Assembly: GCA_951406725.2 (NCBI GenBank)
Contig: OX597814.1
Span: 87,668,001 to 87,732,000 of the forward strand
Source: Octopus vulgaris
Lineage: Eukaryota
Reading direction: 5' to 3'
DNA length: 64,000 nucleotides
Below, in pieces: positions 1 through 13,778 of the stretch (the first letter of the stretch is position 1; each line of letters begins with the position of its first letter). The notes under the pieces are model-generated. The model worked only from the letters and a program-made list of their open reading frames with translations, was not told the DNA's origin and made no database searches. A program made the translations under genes and the position numbers.

Positions 1-930
1 TAACTCGTAACCATTTCCAGGAAAGATAAATATTTCTCAAACTTAGACATATTTTCTATGGAAGGCTGAAAATGAACAACATTACTTGTATGATGGTGAA
101 GCTCATTTATAACCATCACATGATGTAAAGACAGGGGTACACACAAACACACACACACACATAGGCTTCTTTTAGTTTTCATCTACCAAATCCATTCACA
201 AGGCTTTGGTCGGCCAGAGGCTAGACTGAACTCAAGACCACATGGTTGGGAAACAAGTTCATTAACCACATAGTCATGCCTGCATCTGATATGATTTAAA
301 TATATCCAACCCATGCCAGCATGGAAAACAGATGTTCAATGATGATGATGATGATAATGAATGAATGAATATATGTATGGTGTGTAGGAATATATGCATG
401 CATGAATGAAGGATTCAAAGGCTGAGAGTTTTGTGCAAATACACTTATCAAATTAAGTGTATATGCATGAAATTCACTCACGAGCTTCTCAGCTATAATA
501 CATAAAATATATATACGCATGTGTGTGTGTGTATATACTATATATATATAGACAGATAGCTAGCTAGCTAGATAGAAAGATATGATAAGTATGTAGGGAT
601 AAATTATCCAAGAGGGTACCATGTAAGCACTCAGGTATAATCTGGGTTCAGGCTAACTGCATTGAGTAGTAATGAACACTTAGGATTACTTAGGATGAAC
701 AATCCCACAGTAATTCATCTGATGGGTAATCCCCGGGTTCGCTTCACTGGATTATATTTTCAGGAGTGTAAATCCAAGACAGTTACAATGAATACAAAGA
801 CTGGTACGTGTGCATATTTTTTATTTTTACAGTTAATTATACAACATAATTAGTTTAGATTTGACTGACACATGTTTCTGCTGCACAGAGAATCAGCAAT
901 TACATTTGCATCCAGCTATTTTCAACTATA

Positions 931-1770
931 CAGCGTACAGTGAATAAACTGTCGTTTAAATTACACAAAAATGAAAATAACACTGACATCTCATTTTAAC
1001 AGATATATTTACCAAAATTACAGAAAAATATCTCGAAATACTAAAGAGTAAATTTATTCAATAAAATTGCCATTGGCTTCAAGCATGGCCTCCACACAAC
1101 TTCGGAATCTCCTGCAGCTCTTCTGGATGGTCTTCTTGTTTAAGTTTGTGAATACTGCCATAATCCTTGCCTTCAGTTCATCTTTGGTGTTACAAGGAGT
1201 TTTGTTGGTCTCTCACTCAACTGTGCCCCACACATAATAATCAAGGGGTTGCAGTCTGGGGTGTTAGGTGGCCAGATGTTAGTGATAATGTGATTACATA
1301 AATTGTCTGACAACCATGACTGGGTTCTCCTGCTTGTATGGCATGGTGCAGAGCCCTGTTGCCAGACATGGGGTCTTCCAGCAGCCACCCTCTTTACTCA
1401 GGACAGCACTACCTCCTCCAGGCACTTGATGTAGGCCTCCATGTCGAGTGTGAAGCCATGTGGGAAGATGGAGGTATAAAGTTATTATCACTAGTGATCA
1501 CTCCAAACACCATGATGTTGACTGGACATTTGATTTTTATCAAACTCAGTACATGTCCTCAGATTGCACTGTCCTCAAATTGATACCCAAACACTCAGAA
1601 ATGTTCGTATTGGAGCTTCCAGCATGAATGCCAAGCAGTACAGCATGTCATTTCCAAATTTCTGGCAGAGTGAATTGCATCATGGTGCTGTTTTTCTCAC
1701 AGATGGTGCCCAACTAACCCTATTATATTGTGTAGTTGACAAATGGTGACAATTTACTCCACACATCTTG
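931..1770 (-). mobile_element. Tc1/mariner superfamily DD37D (maT/Bmmar1-like) internally deleted copy
   Basis: Minus-strand remnants read VWQQGSAPCHTSRRTQSWL...WPPNTPDCNPL. Degenerate TIRs (cagcgtacagtgaataaactgtc / gacaatttactccacacatcttg) are flanked by TA. Confidence 0.85.
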
Positions 1771-1834
1771 TACATCTTTATTCAAAGTCTGATTAAAAAT
1801 GTGGTTTGAAGCAAACTGAGTGTATTCATGCATG

Positions 1835-2835
1835 GCTAACATATTTTGTTATAGGTTACTATGGTTTTATATAGACAAAAGAAAATGAGGAGATTTAGAA
1901 ACTTGAAATGACTAAAAAATTACTATGGTGGTTGACCTCATCCTGACCTTAGGTTTAAGTTTGAAACTAAATCCAAGGTAAGTCAAAGTATATTTTTCAA
2001 TGTTTTGTACAACAGCTATGTACTAAATGAGATTAAACTATCAATTAAATTAGATATACATGGGATGAAGAATGTTTTTATGATGGCAATTTAAAAAGTT
2101 TTCTGTGTAAACAAGTTTTAGATTATATGCAGTTTCCACATTACTTGATTTATAAAAAAGATATTTTAATTTAATGAGAATATCTATTTCTACTTGAAAG
2201 TCAAACCAAATATTAACTTGCAATTTATGCAGAGGAAATTTTCCAGACTTTGAATCCTTCATTCATACATGCATGCATGCATACATACATACATACATAC
2301 ATACAAATATTCCTACACACCATACATATATTCATTCATTATCATCATCAGCATCATCATTGAACCTCTGTTTTCACACATACACACACACACACATATA
2401 TATATACACACACATATCTTTTATCTTTTACCTGTTTCAGTCATTAGACTGCGGCCATGCTGGGGCACCGCTTTAAATTTGTAGTTGAATGTACTCACCC
2501 AGTTGCTTAACAGCAGACAAAAACAAACCTTAAGATGTTCATATTTATATAAGAGGACCTTTAAATAGTTTCAGGTAAGCAATGTATCCACACAACTAGG
2601 AGATACTTGAGTTTACAGGATTAATCTCATTCAGTATTCAGCTATTGTACAAAACATTGAGAAATACACTTTGACCTACTTTGGATCTAGGACTTTCAGT
2701 TTCAAACTTAAACCTAAGGTCAAGATGAGGTCAACCATATTGTAATATTATAGACATATCAAGCCTCTAAATCTCCTCCTCACTTCTTTTTTTTCTATTT
2801 AAAACCTTAGTAATCTGTAGCAAAATATGTTAGCC
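1835..2835. repeat. ~205-bp inverted repeat pair (1835-2040 / 2617-2835)
   Basis: ggttgacctcatcctgaccttaggtttaagtttgaaact pairs with agtttcaaacttaaacctaaggtcaagatgaggtcaacc, and the pairing extends in both directions with mismatches. Confidence 0.85.
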
Positions 2836-3007
2836 TAAACTCAGACCTTATTATTGTGGCAGTTAACCTGGGAACTGTGCTAACAGAAACAGCTACAAGC
2901 TGAGATTCTGTTTTTTTTGTAATTAATTAATAAATGATAATTGGTGTAAACCAATTGTTATTCATCAATTTTATCTCCATTTTCTGTCTTCTTTATATAT
3001 ATATATA

Positions 3008-3405
3008 TAGGTGCAGGAGTAGCTGTATGGTAAGAAGCTTGCTTCCCAAACACATGGTTCCGATTTCAGTCCCACTTCGTGGCTCCTTGGACAAGTGTCT
3101 TCTACTATAGCCTCAGGCTGACCAAAGCCTTGTGAGTGGATTTGGTAGATGGAAATTGAAAGAAGTGCATCGTATATGTATATATTTGTGTGTGTGAGTG
3201 TCAGTGTTTGTTCCCCCATCACCACTTAACAGGTGATGGTGGGTTTACATCCCCATAACTTAGTGGTTCAGCAAAAGAGACTGATAGGATAAGTACCAGG
3301 CTTAAAGAATAAGTACTGGGGTGAGTCGATTCATTCAACTACAAATTTAAGGTGGTGCCCCAGCATGGCCGCAGTCTAATGACTGAAACAGGTAAAAGAT
3401 AAAAG
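3008..3405 (+). mobile_element. tRNA-derived SINE family A (copies also at 20903-21290, 37590-37925, 57350-57690; partial at 165-285, 2420-2480, 4170-4370, 21330-21480, 60410-60545)
   Basis: A tRNA-like head (gtggctgtgtggtaag...ggttcagtccc) is followed by ccttgggcaagtgtcttctactatagc, an internal (TG)n and the 3' motif ggtgccccagcatggccgcagtc. Confidence 0.9.
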
Positions 3406-3418
3406 ATATGTGTGCGTG

Positions 3419-3483
<65 letters not shown>

Positions 3484-4387
3484 CGGCAGTGTCTGATGAT
3501 TGTGCTGGGACATCAGACATGTTATGTCACCACCACCTTTATCTACCTTTCCAGCTCCACTCCAGTTATTCCTACCCATTCTTGAATAATGCAAGCAGCC
3601 ATGTATCTTCCCTACAACAAGAAACCTATTCTAGTCTTTGCCTTCATACTTTAAACATTTACTAAGTAACATAGAGCTGCCTCTCTCTACTAGAGTCCTG
3701 CTAATTCCAAGGGTATATTTGTCATGCTAGCAACATGGTGACCTCACTAGTGGTGATGCTACAAAAAGAAAAGCACACAATACAATCTGTAAGTGGTTGT
3801 TGTTAGGAAGGGCATCTAGCTACAAAAACCATGCCAAAGCAGACATTGGAGTACAAGAGTACAATGTAGTCTTTTCACCCATCAGATCTGGTCAAATTAT
3901 CCAACACATTGCAGCATGGAAGATGGACATAAAAAGATGATGATGATTATATATATATATCGTTTTTCTATGGTTGGATGCCTTTCCTGTCTTCAATCCA
4001 GGCTAGTTTCCCCAAGATCAGACATGTTTTTGTGGAATACACTTACAATGCTTTGGTCAGCCCAGGGCTATAATAGAACACACTTGTCCAAAGTGTCATG
4101 TGGTGAAACTGAATTCAACACCATATTGTTAGAAACAAACTTTCTAACCCACACAGCCATGCCTGTGCATATATATATGTATGTGTGTGGACCTCTGAGT
4201 TTGCCCCACCACCACTGCTTGACAATCAGTGCTGGTGTATTTATGTCCCCAAACTAAGTACGAGGCTTTAAAACAAATTAATACTGGGATTGATACATTC
4301 AGTAAAAAATTCTTCAAGGCAGTGCCACAGCATGGCCGCAGTCTAAATACAAACAAATAAGAAAAAAGATAAAATATATATATATAA

Positions 4388-4436
<49 letters not shown>

Positions 4437-5846
4437 CACATACACACAATTATATATATTTTAATAAATTAATAACTGCCCACCTAGTTACTTTCAATAA
4501 ACACTGACAGCTTATTTATAAGATGACCTATTATCAATATTCAGATATTATAATAATGAAACACCTCATTTTAAAATCAATCTTAATTCATACTTGTGCT
4601 AACAGAAGGTATAACAATAGGAAGTTCAATCACACTAACCTTTGCCAGTTCAAAACAACATTACTACTGAACACTGATAACAAAATTAGCAAAGTTGCTT
4701 TCAATAAAAATAGCTTTCAACAGCAGGTTCTTGACATATTGTTCATGGTTAGCACCTCCACTCCTGTTCATCACTTGCTACATTTGTCTCTACTCTTCAC
4801 CATCTCTAACCAACTGGCACTCTCCCCTCATGCTTGTATAACCTCCTCCTTCCATCACTCCAGGTCCACTGGCTGCATTATCACTTGATTCATAACTTTT
4901 TCCCCAGCTACTTCCATCCACCCTTATATAAATGTGTATCTTCTCTATGTCTGCTTATCACCAGGATAAAACCAACTTTCCAACCTCTCAAATAACAACA
5001 ACGACGCCGACGCCGCCCCACCACCACCACCACCTAATTGAGAGGGCTTTTCTCTTTTTCCTTTTCTTGTTCTTTCCTGTCTTGCAAATTACTTGGCAAC
5101 TCATTAGTGCTGGTGGCATGAGAAAAGCAACCAGTACACACTGTAAATTGGTTGATGTTAGGAAAGACATCTAGCCGTAGTAATGATGCAAAAGTTGATA
5201 TGGAGCATGATACAACCTTGTGGCTCACTGGAGCCTGTCAAACCGTCCAACCTATGTCAGCATGTAAAACGGACACTAAATGATGATGATTGATAAGGAA
5301 CTTAATAAAATGTAAAAATGTATTAGATGCTAGTGATGTATAGAATCTTCTAAGCTTTTCTGAATTAAGATGCTTAAATATTTATTGAACTGTACTCGAT
5401 GAATCTCCTACAAAGTGATTCCATAGTTATGATTGATGTTAATAATGACCTAGCCTAAGTTTGACAATATCACTTGTTGTCAACTAAAATAGAATTAATC
5501 AAGTTCTTTTTGATAATTATTACTCTTCAAAGACAGATAAGCACATTGGAATACTGAGTTGCTGATCTTGATGTTTGTGGTATTGAAACATTCAGAAATC
5601 TTTCGGCTACGAAATAAACTTTATTTTCATTGACATATTTTCTACGTTATCTCAACAATCAGCTTTCAAGACCAGGTTTCATTAGAAAGTGAAAATAGTT
5701 TCACACTTTCAATTTGAACCAAAATTATAGTGTTGCATTACAAGAGTGACCATGTGTGAATAATGAAAGTAATGTTTCTCCAAATTAGTCACATCTGTAC
5801 TATATAATAAAGAAAGATGCTGCTGCTCATCATCTATCTATATATA

Positions 5847-6724
5847 TTAGGTCATCATATAAGTAATGCTGTTTTTTTTTCAATTGCATGAACTAAAAGT
5901 CAGAGGGAGATGGGATAAACTACCTGCATCAACTTGCTATAAAGGCAGATAGTAATCTTACTTTGTCCTTATTCTTAGTGCAAGTTTTGAAGAGTGTAGT
6001 TCGATTTTAGCAGTCATTTTTCCAAAGATATAATGGAAGTGGCAAAGGAGCATATTCAGTATATTTTGCTTTATGAGTTCAATAAAGGCAACAATGTAAG
6101 GGAAAGTGCGAGGAATATTAATGTAGTATATGGAGATTGGACAATAAGCATAAACCAGTCTTGACTGTGGTTCCAAAATTTCCGAACCAGAAACTACAGC
6201 TTAGAAGACAAGCCTCATCATGGAAGATCTGCAGAGCTCAATGAGGACGTCCTGCAAACCCGGGTGGAACAAATTCTCATCGTAACTGTTGAGGAACTAG
6301 CAGAGAAGCTTGGATTTTGTCATTCAACCAGTCACTTGAATCAGTGCTAGAAGAAAAATGGTCATCTTTGGTTTTATGATGAAAGGTGTCTTCCATCAGG
6401 ATAATGCTCAGCCACATACAGTGAGGATGACATTCCAAAGGCCAGACATTGCCCCATCTGATTATCATTTATTTTGTAGTCTTCAAAATCATTTGGACAG
6501 AAAAAATATGAATTTTGTAGACAAGGTCAAAACAGTAGTAGAGGAACATTTTTCATCATGGACAAGTGAATTTTGGAAGAGGGGCCTTGCAAGTCTACCA
6601 GATAGATGGAAGAGCATTGTAGAAAATGAAGGAGAGTATATTTAGATTAAAAAATAACTTTATCTCAATTTTGAAAAATAAAAAAAAGTATAAAAAAAAC
6701 TGCAATATTTATGGGATGACCCAA
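5847..6724 (+). mobile_element. Mariner (DD34D) transposon, internally deleted
   Basis: TIRs ttaggtcatcatataagtaatg / tatttatgggatgacccaa with TA flanks. ORF 6358..6645 has FHQDNAQPHT and PDIAPSDYHLF mariner motifs. Same family as 62602-63855. Confidence 0.9.
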
Positions 6725-7073
6725 TATAAAGGCTACCAAGCAAACTACATTTTTGGCACAACTCTTTTTTACTACTAAAATAACATCAGAAACAAGGTCG
6801 GGTCGCACAATTTTGAGGTCATTTTCAGGCAATATTTCAATTTGCTTCTAATGTTTCACTTTTGTCCAATGTTTTAAGCATGCATAGAATTCTACTCAGA
6901 CAAACATTTATGAAAATATACACATAAATATTGTATTAAAATAAGCCACAACCAAAAGATTTCATTAAAAGACATCCATATCTCTATATGCTATGAGGAA
7001 ACAGTCACTCACTCTCTCTCTCTCTCTCACATGCACACATACATTGAAAAAATGTATGCATGTATATAAAAGA

Positions 7074-7127
<54 letters not shown>

Positions 7128-8527
7128 CGAGTGAGTGCTACCAACACATACATGCAAAAAAATACATACATGACAACACACATCTTCACTCTCTGTCACG
7201 CACACATCCATTTCATATACGCATAAATCTTTCACTTTCTGCTCTCACTTCAAAGCAAATGTAACTTTTTGCTTTCTCCTCTTTTTCAATTTTTGCTCTC
7301 TGGGGGAAAGGGTATTGAGTGTTTCTTTAAGAAAAGTTAAGCTTTAAAAACATATATATATATATTTCCCAGATTTGCAATCTCTGTATTTTTCTATGTG
7401 GATAAAAAAAAAAGATTAAAAAAATAAGTTACAATTTAAATTGCAGTGGGGATGAAGGGAAATAAAAATTTTTAAACATGATTTCTGGGCAAAATCATAT
7501 TGACCCCTTTTATATGATGAAACAATACTCAGTTTGTGATCCTTCTTAAGAACAGAGACTATGGACACAAAGAAATAATATTGATGACGAAGTTGAAAGC
7601 ATAGTGTAGATATAAATATAGTAAATATGCACTCTAAAGATAAGGCTAACAGTTCATAAAATTATAGTCTTTATTAACAACCTATCTCAAATGTTCAGAT
7701 ATTTAATAATTTTTCATACAAGTTACAGTGATTTACATTACAGTAACTTTCCATACATCTAAATTCTATTTTGTCTCATTTGACCTAATCATTTACTGTA
7801 CATCTTCAATCCCCAATTCATAATACTATTTATGAAGCATACACTATACACTTATATTACATACCCATAACTGTGAAATTGTCATTTCTTACCTCCAGAG
7901 AATAATTTTCATGCCCAGTACATGATGTTCAAACTTTCATACAAGTTAATACTTAATATCCAGTGGACTATATTTAACTAGCTTTTTTCTCCCTCAAATT
8001 GTTGCAAATAATCTTACACATTAATTTTCCATATTTTGATATCATAACTATAACATTTCTGACATAATTCACATTGTCCTATGACAAGTGAAGCCTTTGA
8101 CATAAACAAAGATATCTTCTCTATACATTTTCCAGTTTGTTTGACAGACTTCAAAGTATCATTCTTTTAGCCATTGTTTGTTTTTATTTTTTGCTCTACT
8201 TAATTACAAAACAAAGTTACTTACCTCAGCTAGATGAATTTTCATAACCCTTTACAATTAAATCAATTCTACTTTGAGTAAAGCCAAGTGAAACTGTAGT
8301 CATTGCCAGCGTCATGTAAATGGCACCTGTGCCAGTTGCATATAAAAAGTATCCATCACACTCTTGGAGTGATTGGCATTAATAAGGGCATCTAGTCATA
8401 GAAACTATGCCAGATCAGATTGGAACCTGGTGCAGCTCTCTGGCTTACCAGTTCCAGTCAAACTGTCTAATTCATGCCAGCATAGAAAGAAGACGTTAAA
8501 TGATGATGAACTTACGCCCATTCTTCC

Positions 8528-9376
8528 AAGGCATAATCTTATCCTGATATTCTTTGACAGAGAACTGATTCAATGAAAATTAGATTAACTTACAAGCCTA
8601 GTTGACCACCTAGTCCTGAACTCTACTATGAAGTTCCCAAGGACTATAACAATGGGAAAAAAAAAGGCTGAAGATAGAATTATAACGAACAGCCCAAACT
8701 ACATTAAATCTCACACTAAGATCACAGCTGAATGTGAAACCACTTTTAGTAATTCACACAACATAACAAATAAGAATAGCTTAAGCCAGACATGAGCTAC
8801 CTTTGAGCTGCATAAATCATAATTCATCATCAGGCACGTTGCACGACTAAAAAAAATTCAAGGTAATTTTTCATTAGGCAGAAAGTCCTATGGGTTACAG
8901 GTTAATCATGACTAGCTCAAACAGTAGTAGCATTTATTTGCAGTTAAAATATTATTATATCAATAATATTCTTCATAGCACTGAATAATTTTTTTTCTAA
9001 TTAATGCAGATATGCTAATCATTTAGCAAATATATTCATAGTGTTTACCAAAGTATTGAGATCATTTCTTCTGTAGCTTCATTTATTTCTTTCTTACATC
9101 TCATGAATATTCTGAGAATGAGTATAACTCTAACTAGTTGATGGTCTGTCAAGTAATCATCAACTCCTCAGACAGTACACAGACAATGAGAATCTGGCAT
9201 ATTCCCAATTACAACAGCAACATATGCCATTATTTTGGACTGCAGAAGCTTTCAAGTTTTTTCTCAGAAAAAAGCTGCTTTTATATTCAGGTAATAGAAT
9301 TCCTGCTGTAGAATTTTAAAATCAACTGCCACTCTATAAAACAATTCAAATTTCCTAAGATAAATTAGTTTTGGTG
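8528..9376 (+). repeat. ~850-bp direct duplication, copy 1 (copy 2 at 12932-13778 inside piggyBac)
   Basis: The sequence from atcttatcctgatattctttgacagag to gataaattagttttggtg occurs twice with only scattered substitutions. Confidence 0.95.
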
Positions 9377-10100
9377 TTTTTTTCTAAATCTATTATTGAG
9401 ATATACTGACAGAAGTAATCAGACATCTTTGAAGACAACAGCAAGAATGAATAAGTTGGACATAAAAGTATTGTAATTCTATTCTGCCGAAGTAGACAGA
9501 CTAATTAAGAAGTGGGTTTACTTTTCTCCAGTTAAAATGTATAAAATGCTCGTAAGTTACATATGGAAGTTGTTCGGAAGAATCCCAGTAGATTTTACTG
9601 CCAAACCAATACTACAAACCTCTAGTCTTCCACTGTTTACTCCAGTCAGAAAAAGAAGGAAAAAAGAAAAAACAGAAGCCTATTTGTATTTTGTTAGGTG
9701 TCTTAAGTCTTTTATAATACAATGTCAATGGAAGCTTTCACTCCATGATATAAAATCTATCATAACAACTACAGAACAACTCAAAGATTTTCTGTGTCAA
9801 TGTACATAGTAATTATTTAACTTTGAATTTAATTACTCATCAGATAAAATCTTAATTTAAGATAATGTAAATCTAACTTCTCCACAATTTGTGACACTTT
9901 GTATTGTAACTTTACTGTTTCTAATTATTAAAATACCAAGTTGTAAGCATGACTCAACTTCTGCTAGTATTCTTCTATAAACATCAAATCTTGTCTGATT
10001 TCAGGCCTGACTTTTTGTTAGCTTGCTTTTATTCATGTAACACTAACAACCAAATCTCAATCTATTTTTACTGTTATTCACAGAATTTGAAATAAATGTT
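8530..10100 (+). pseudogene. Possible heavily decayed Ty3/Gypsy pol (RNase H end plus integrase)
   Basis: A frame with only one stop over ~9385-9809 reads EVDRLIKKWV...LFGRIPVDF...LHDIKSII, resembling the integrase region. The upstream SLSQT*ATF...IIRHV/IA..KN resembles the RNase H C-terminus. The RH-then-IN order fits Gypsy. Motif similarity is weak. Confidence 0.35.
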
Positions 10101-12294
10101 TAAATCTTTTACCAGCTGGCATTAATATTTCTAATATCAATTTATCCTTCAACCTAATTTTTCTATATTATCTTAAGCTCTTCCATATGCAATGCATTGT
10201 AGCATGAACATTCTTACAAACACAGTATACATCCAAGGCTTACAAAATGGTAGCTGGACCAAGATTCTAACAACAATCCCAAATTAGCATCCACTTTAAC
10301 TCTCATTAGTTCTAATCTAAATACCAATTAGATCACCACAGTAAAGCAGCATAGCAGATGTTACTTAATCTGTTGTCGTCAACCCTGATTTAGTAGAGCT
10401 ATGGTCAAAGGCATTCCAACCATGACCACCTGTTTTATCTTTTTTCTTCTTCTTCTTTATTTAGGAGTCTATGTAAGAATATATTCTCCAGAAATACACA
10501 GAGTGATCTGAAGGAAATTTAATTACTATTTCTAACGAAGTACATCTATAATCATGAAGATGTACTCTGTAATTTGGATAGGCAAACCTGAAAGATCAAG
10601 CACTGCCAAATTTTCAAATTCAAACACATGCATGCTATCATTTTACACATTACTTTCATTTTAAAAGCATGCAAAAAAAAAAAAAAAAACATATTAAAAC
10701 CCAAACTATCTTTGGGCTTTATTCTTGATTTACCATGTATTGTTAACTATAACAACTGGTGGAAAATGTTATAAAATAAGTGGTAAACTATCACTGGACT
10801 GAGTCAATGACATAACTTTATTCCTTGATTTAAGCAGTTTCACTTCACCTGTATTATTATACTAATGAAAAAAAAACATGAACATTACATCATAGTTTAC
10901 CACTTTGACAAATATTTCAGTTCAAATGTACACTCTCTGTGAAGGCCATAAATACTGTTGCTTCCTCCAGACTGAGCAAACAGACAAGAAAGTTGATAAA
11001 AGTTTGTAAAATAAGATAAGTTTGGACTATCAGAATTCATCTGTATCCATGGCACATGAAATAATTTTATTCTAATAAAGAGTTTCTAATGCTAATGTCT
11101 AATTTGTACCAAGTTTGAAGCAGTTTTATATTATTTAAGCTTCTTGTGTTATTATAACCATACATGTGTTATTTGTTAATGTGGAATACATTACATTTCA
11201 GACAGATTTGTCCTTACAAAATTCTGGATTTTCTTTTCATAATCTTATTTTTTTTATATAATGAAAACCAGTTAACATCATCTCTTGCATAAAAAGTACT
11301 TTTAAATATAAATAAAATGTAGTTGTTAACAATTTTCTTAATGAACACCTTTTAACTTTTGTTAGAGGATGAATAGAGACCTACTTTGAAGGTTATAAAG
11401 TCAGTCATGCTACAATGATTGCAGCAAAAAATTTTCTATCTTAACCCTTTAGTGTTCAGATTAATTTGTCAAATGTAATGCTTATCTGTTCACATTAATT
11501 TTGATTTATTCAGGTTCAAGTGGGGTGTCCACAATATTTGCTTGTACCTTTGTTAATTTTCCACATACAGATTTGAAATTTTGTAAATAGGTGCTTATAT
11601 GCCAGTGGTTTATAGTTACGTAATTTTAGCTGATCTTTCTGATTAAATTTGACTTTCATGGGCAAGTAAATTTAATTAACAGGTGTAAAAACAATAACAT
11701 TATGAATAAATACTAAAATTCATATTCTTAATACATTTTACCTATTTGATTTGTTACTAAAGTTATCCAAGATGTCAACTGCCAACAATTTTACATTTTT
11801 CAAGATGAGGTGCATTAATTTGAATTAATTAAAATACAAGTGTAATTGGCACAAGATGTTATTCTTTCTCTATATTTCACTCAAACATTTTCATTGAAAA
11901 TAAAGTACAAAACTCTTTTACTAGTCAATATACCATTGGCTATGTACTCTTATACAATTTAATGAATTCATTTACGTAACAGAATGCATCTAATAAAAAA
12001 AGCTCATTAACAGGCGAGATAAAGGTGAATACAGGTGTGTAACATATTGAAAATCAATATGTATTTATAATAAAATGAAAAGGAATATATGATAAAATAA
12101 GGGGAGAATTTACAAAAAAACAAAAGACGAAGACAGGTGGTGTAGACAACAAACAGATGTATTAGTTTAAAGCTTGGAAATGAAAAAAGTCTTTAATGTT
12201 TCAAGCCTATGCTCTTCCACAGAAAGGAACACAGAAAGAAACAAAGAGAGAAAATAAAGAATGTGTAGTGGCTAGTGATCTATCATGGTGAACG

Positions 12295-12635
12295 TATCCA
12301 GCCATATATGGTCTTTAAAAGTGGATTGTTTCTTCTGTAAATAGAAATTATATGTTGTGCATATTTGTTTGTTTCCTCCGTAACATTTTCAAAAGAACTT
12401 TCTGGTAAAAATAAAAAAAAGATAGTCCAATGGTTGAGCATCAGGAGGTAAATTGTGTTGTGGACCAGTGTTTTTTTGTGAAATCAGGAATAGTGATTGG
12501 TGTTGTAATCTTTGACCATGTTGCCATGTTTACGATATCATTTTCATCACTTTTGTTCTCAAAATCTTCTTCATCCAACAAATATTTACTAATATCAATA
12601 TCAGATTTGTCCGAAAACAAAATACTCGTTTTCAT
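12295..12635 (-). pseudogene. piggyBac (PGBD-like) transposase N-terminal remnant
   Basis: An acidic stretch DEEDFENKSDEND is followed by WSKITTPITIPDFT. After frameshifts it continues GPQHNLPPDAQPLDYLF...FLPESSFENVTEETNKYAQ, matching the piggyBac F.LF......iv..TN.YA motif. Confidence 0.75.
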
Positions 12636-12708
12636 TTATATTTTCTATATCGTCAGGAGTAAAACCTTTCAGAGCCAGAATTACTACTTGCTGACACCAT
12701 TTCATTAA

Positions 12709-12922
12709 CCCTTTCATTACCAACCCGGCTGAATCTGGCTCTGAGTACAAATGTCTTATTTTCATAAGTTTTGAATTAAAATCTTCCACCAAATCTTAGT
12801 CACAATTTATGTTCCTAACACTAGCTGAATGATAACTAAGTTATTTTACTAAATTCTTTGTTATATTTAAAGTAATTGAAAGAAACACAGAGCATCTCAA
12901 AATAAATACAGTAACAAAAGGG
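12709..12922. mobile_element. Small piggyBac-type MITE nested inside the larger piggyBac
   Basis: TTAA|ccctttcattac ... gtaacaaaaggg|TTAA. Confidence 0.85.
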
Positions 12923-12931
12923 TTAAAAACT

Positions 12932-13778
12932 AAGGCAAGATCTTATCCTGATATTCTTTGACAGAGAACTGATTCAATGAAAATTAGATTAACTTACAAG
13001 CCTAGTTGACCACCTAGTCCTGAACTCTGCTATGAAGTTCCCAAGGACTATAACAATGGAAAAAGAAAAGGCTGAAGATAGAATTATGATGAACAGCCCA
13101 AACTACATTAAATCTCACACTAAGATCACAGCTGAATGTGAAACCACTTTTAGTAATTCACACAACATATCAAATAAGAATAGCTTAAGCCAGACATGAG
13201 CTACCTTTGGGCTTCATAAATCATGACTCATCATCAGGCACATTGCACTACTAAAAAAATTCAAGGTAATTTTTCATTAGGCAGAAAGTCCTATGGGTTA
13301 CAGGTTAATCATGACTAGCTCAAACAGTAGTAGCATTTATTTGCAGTTAAAATATTATTATATCAATAATATTCTTCATAGCACTGAATAATTTTTTTCT
13401 AATTAATGCAGATACGCTAATCATTTAGCAAATATATTCATAGTGTTTACCAAAGTATTGAGATCATTTCTTCTGTAGCTTCATTTATTTCTTTCTTACA
13501 TCTCATGAATATTCTGAGAATGAGTATAACTCTAACTAGTTGATGGTCTGTCAAGTAATCATCAACTCCTCAGACAGTACACAGACAATGAGAATCTGGC
13601 ATATTCCCAATTACAACAGCAACATATGCCATTATTTTGGACTGCAGAAGCTTTCAAGTTTTTTCTCAGAAAAAAGCTGCTTTTATATTCAAGTAATAGA
13701 ATTCCTGCTGTAGAATTTTAAAATCAACTGCCACTCTTTAAAACAATTCAAATTTCCTAAGATAAATTAGTTTTGGTG
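12932..13778 (+). repeat. ~850-bp direct duplication, copy 2
   Basis: Near-identical to 8528-9376. It begins a few bases after the TTAA of the nested MITE. Confidence 0.95.

Noticed and set aside
2050-2262. 70-aa minus-strand ORF between the inverted repeats
   Set aside because: No recognisable domain, no convincing splice sites, and the start lies in a microsatellite.
3008-3080. tRNA genes at SINE heads (also 20903, 44895, 60067)
   Set aside because: They have A/B-box-like heads but no complete cloverleaf, and they continue into SINE bodies.
8900-9800. Possible negative-strand RNA virus RdRp fossil on the minus strand (IDFISWS, GVDD)
   Set aside because: The motifs are short, interrupted by many stops and lack a motif B. 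The plus-strand frame is more open and fits a Gypsy pol better.
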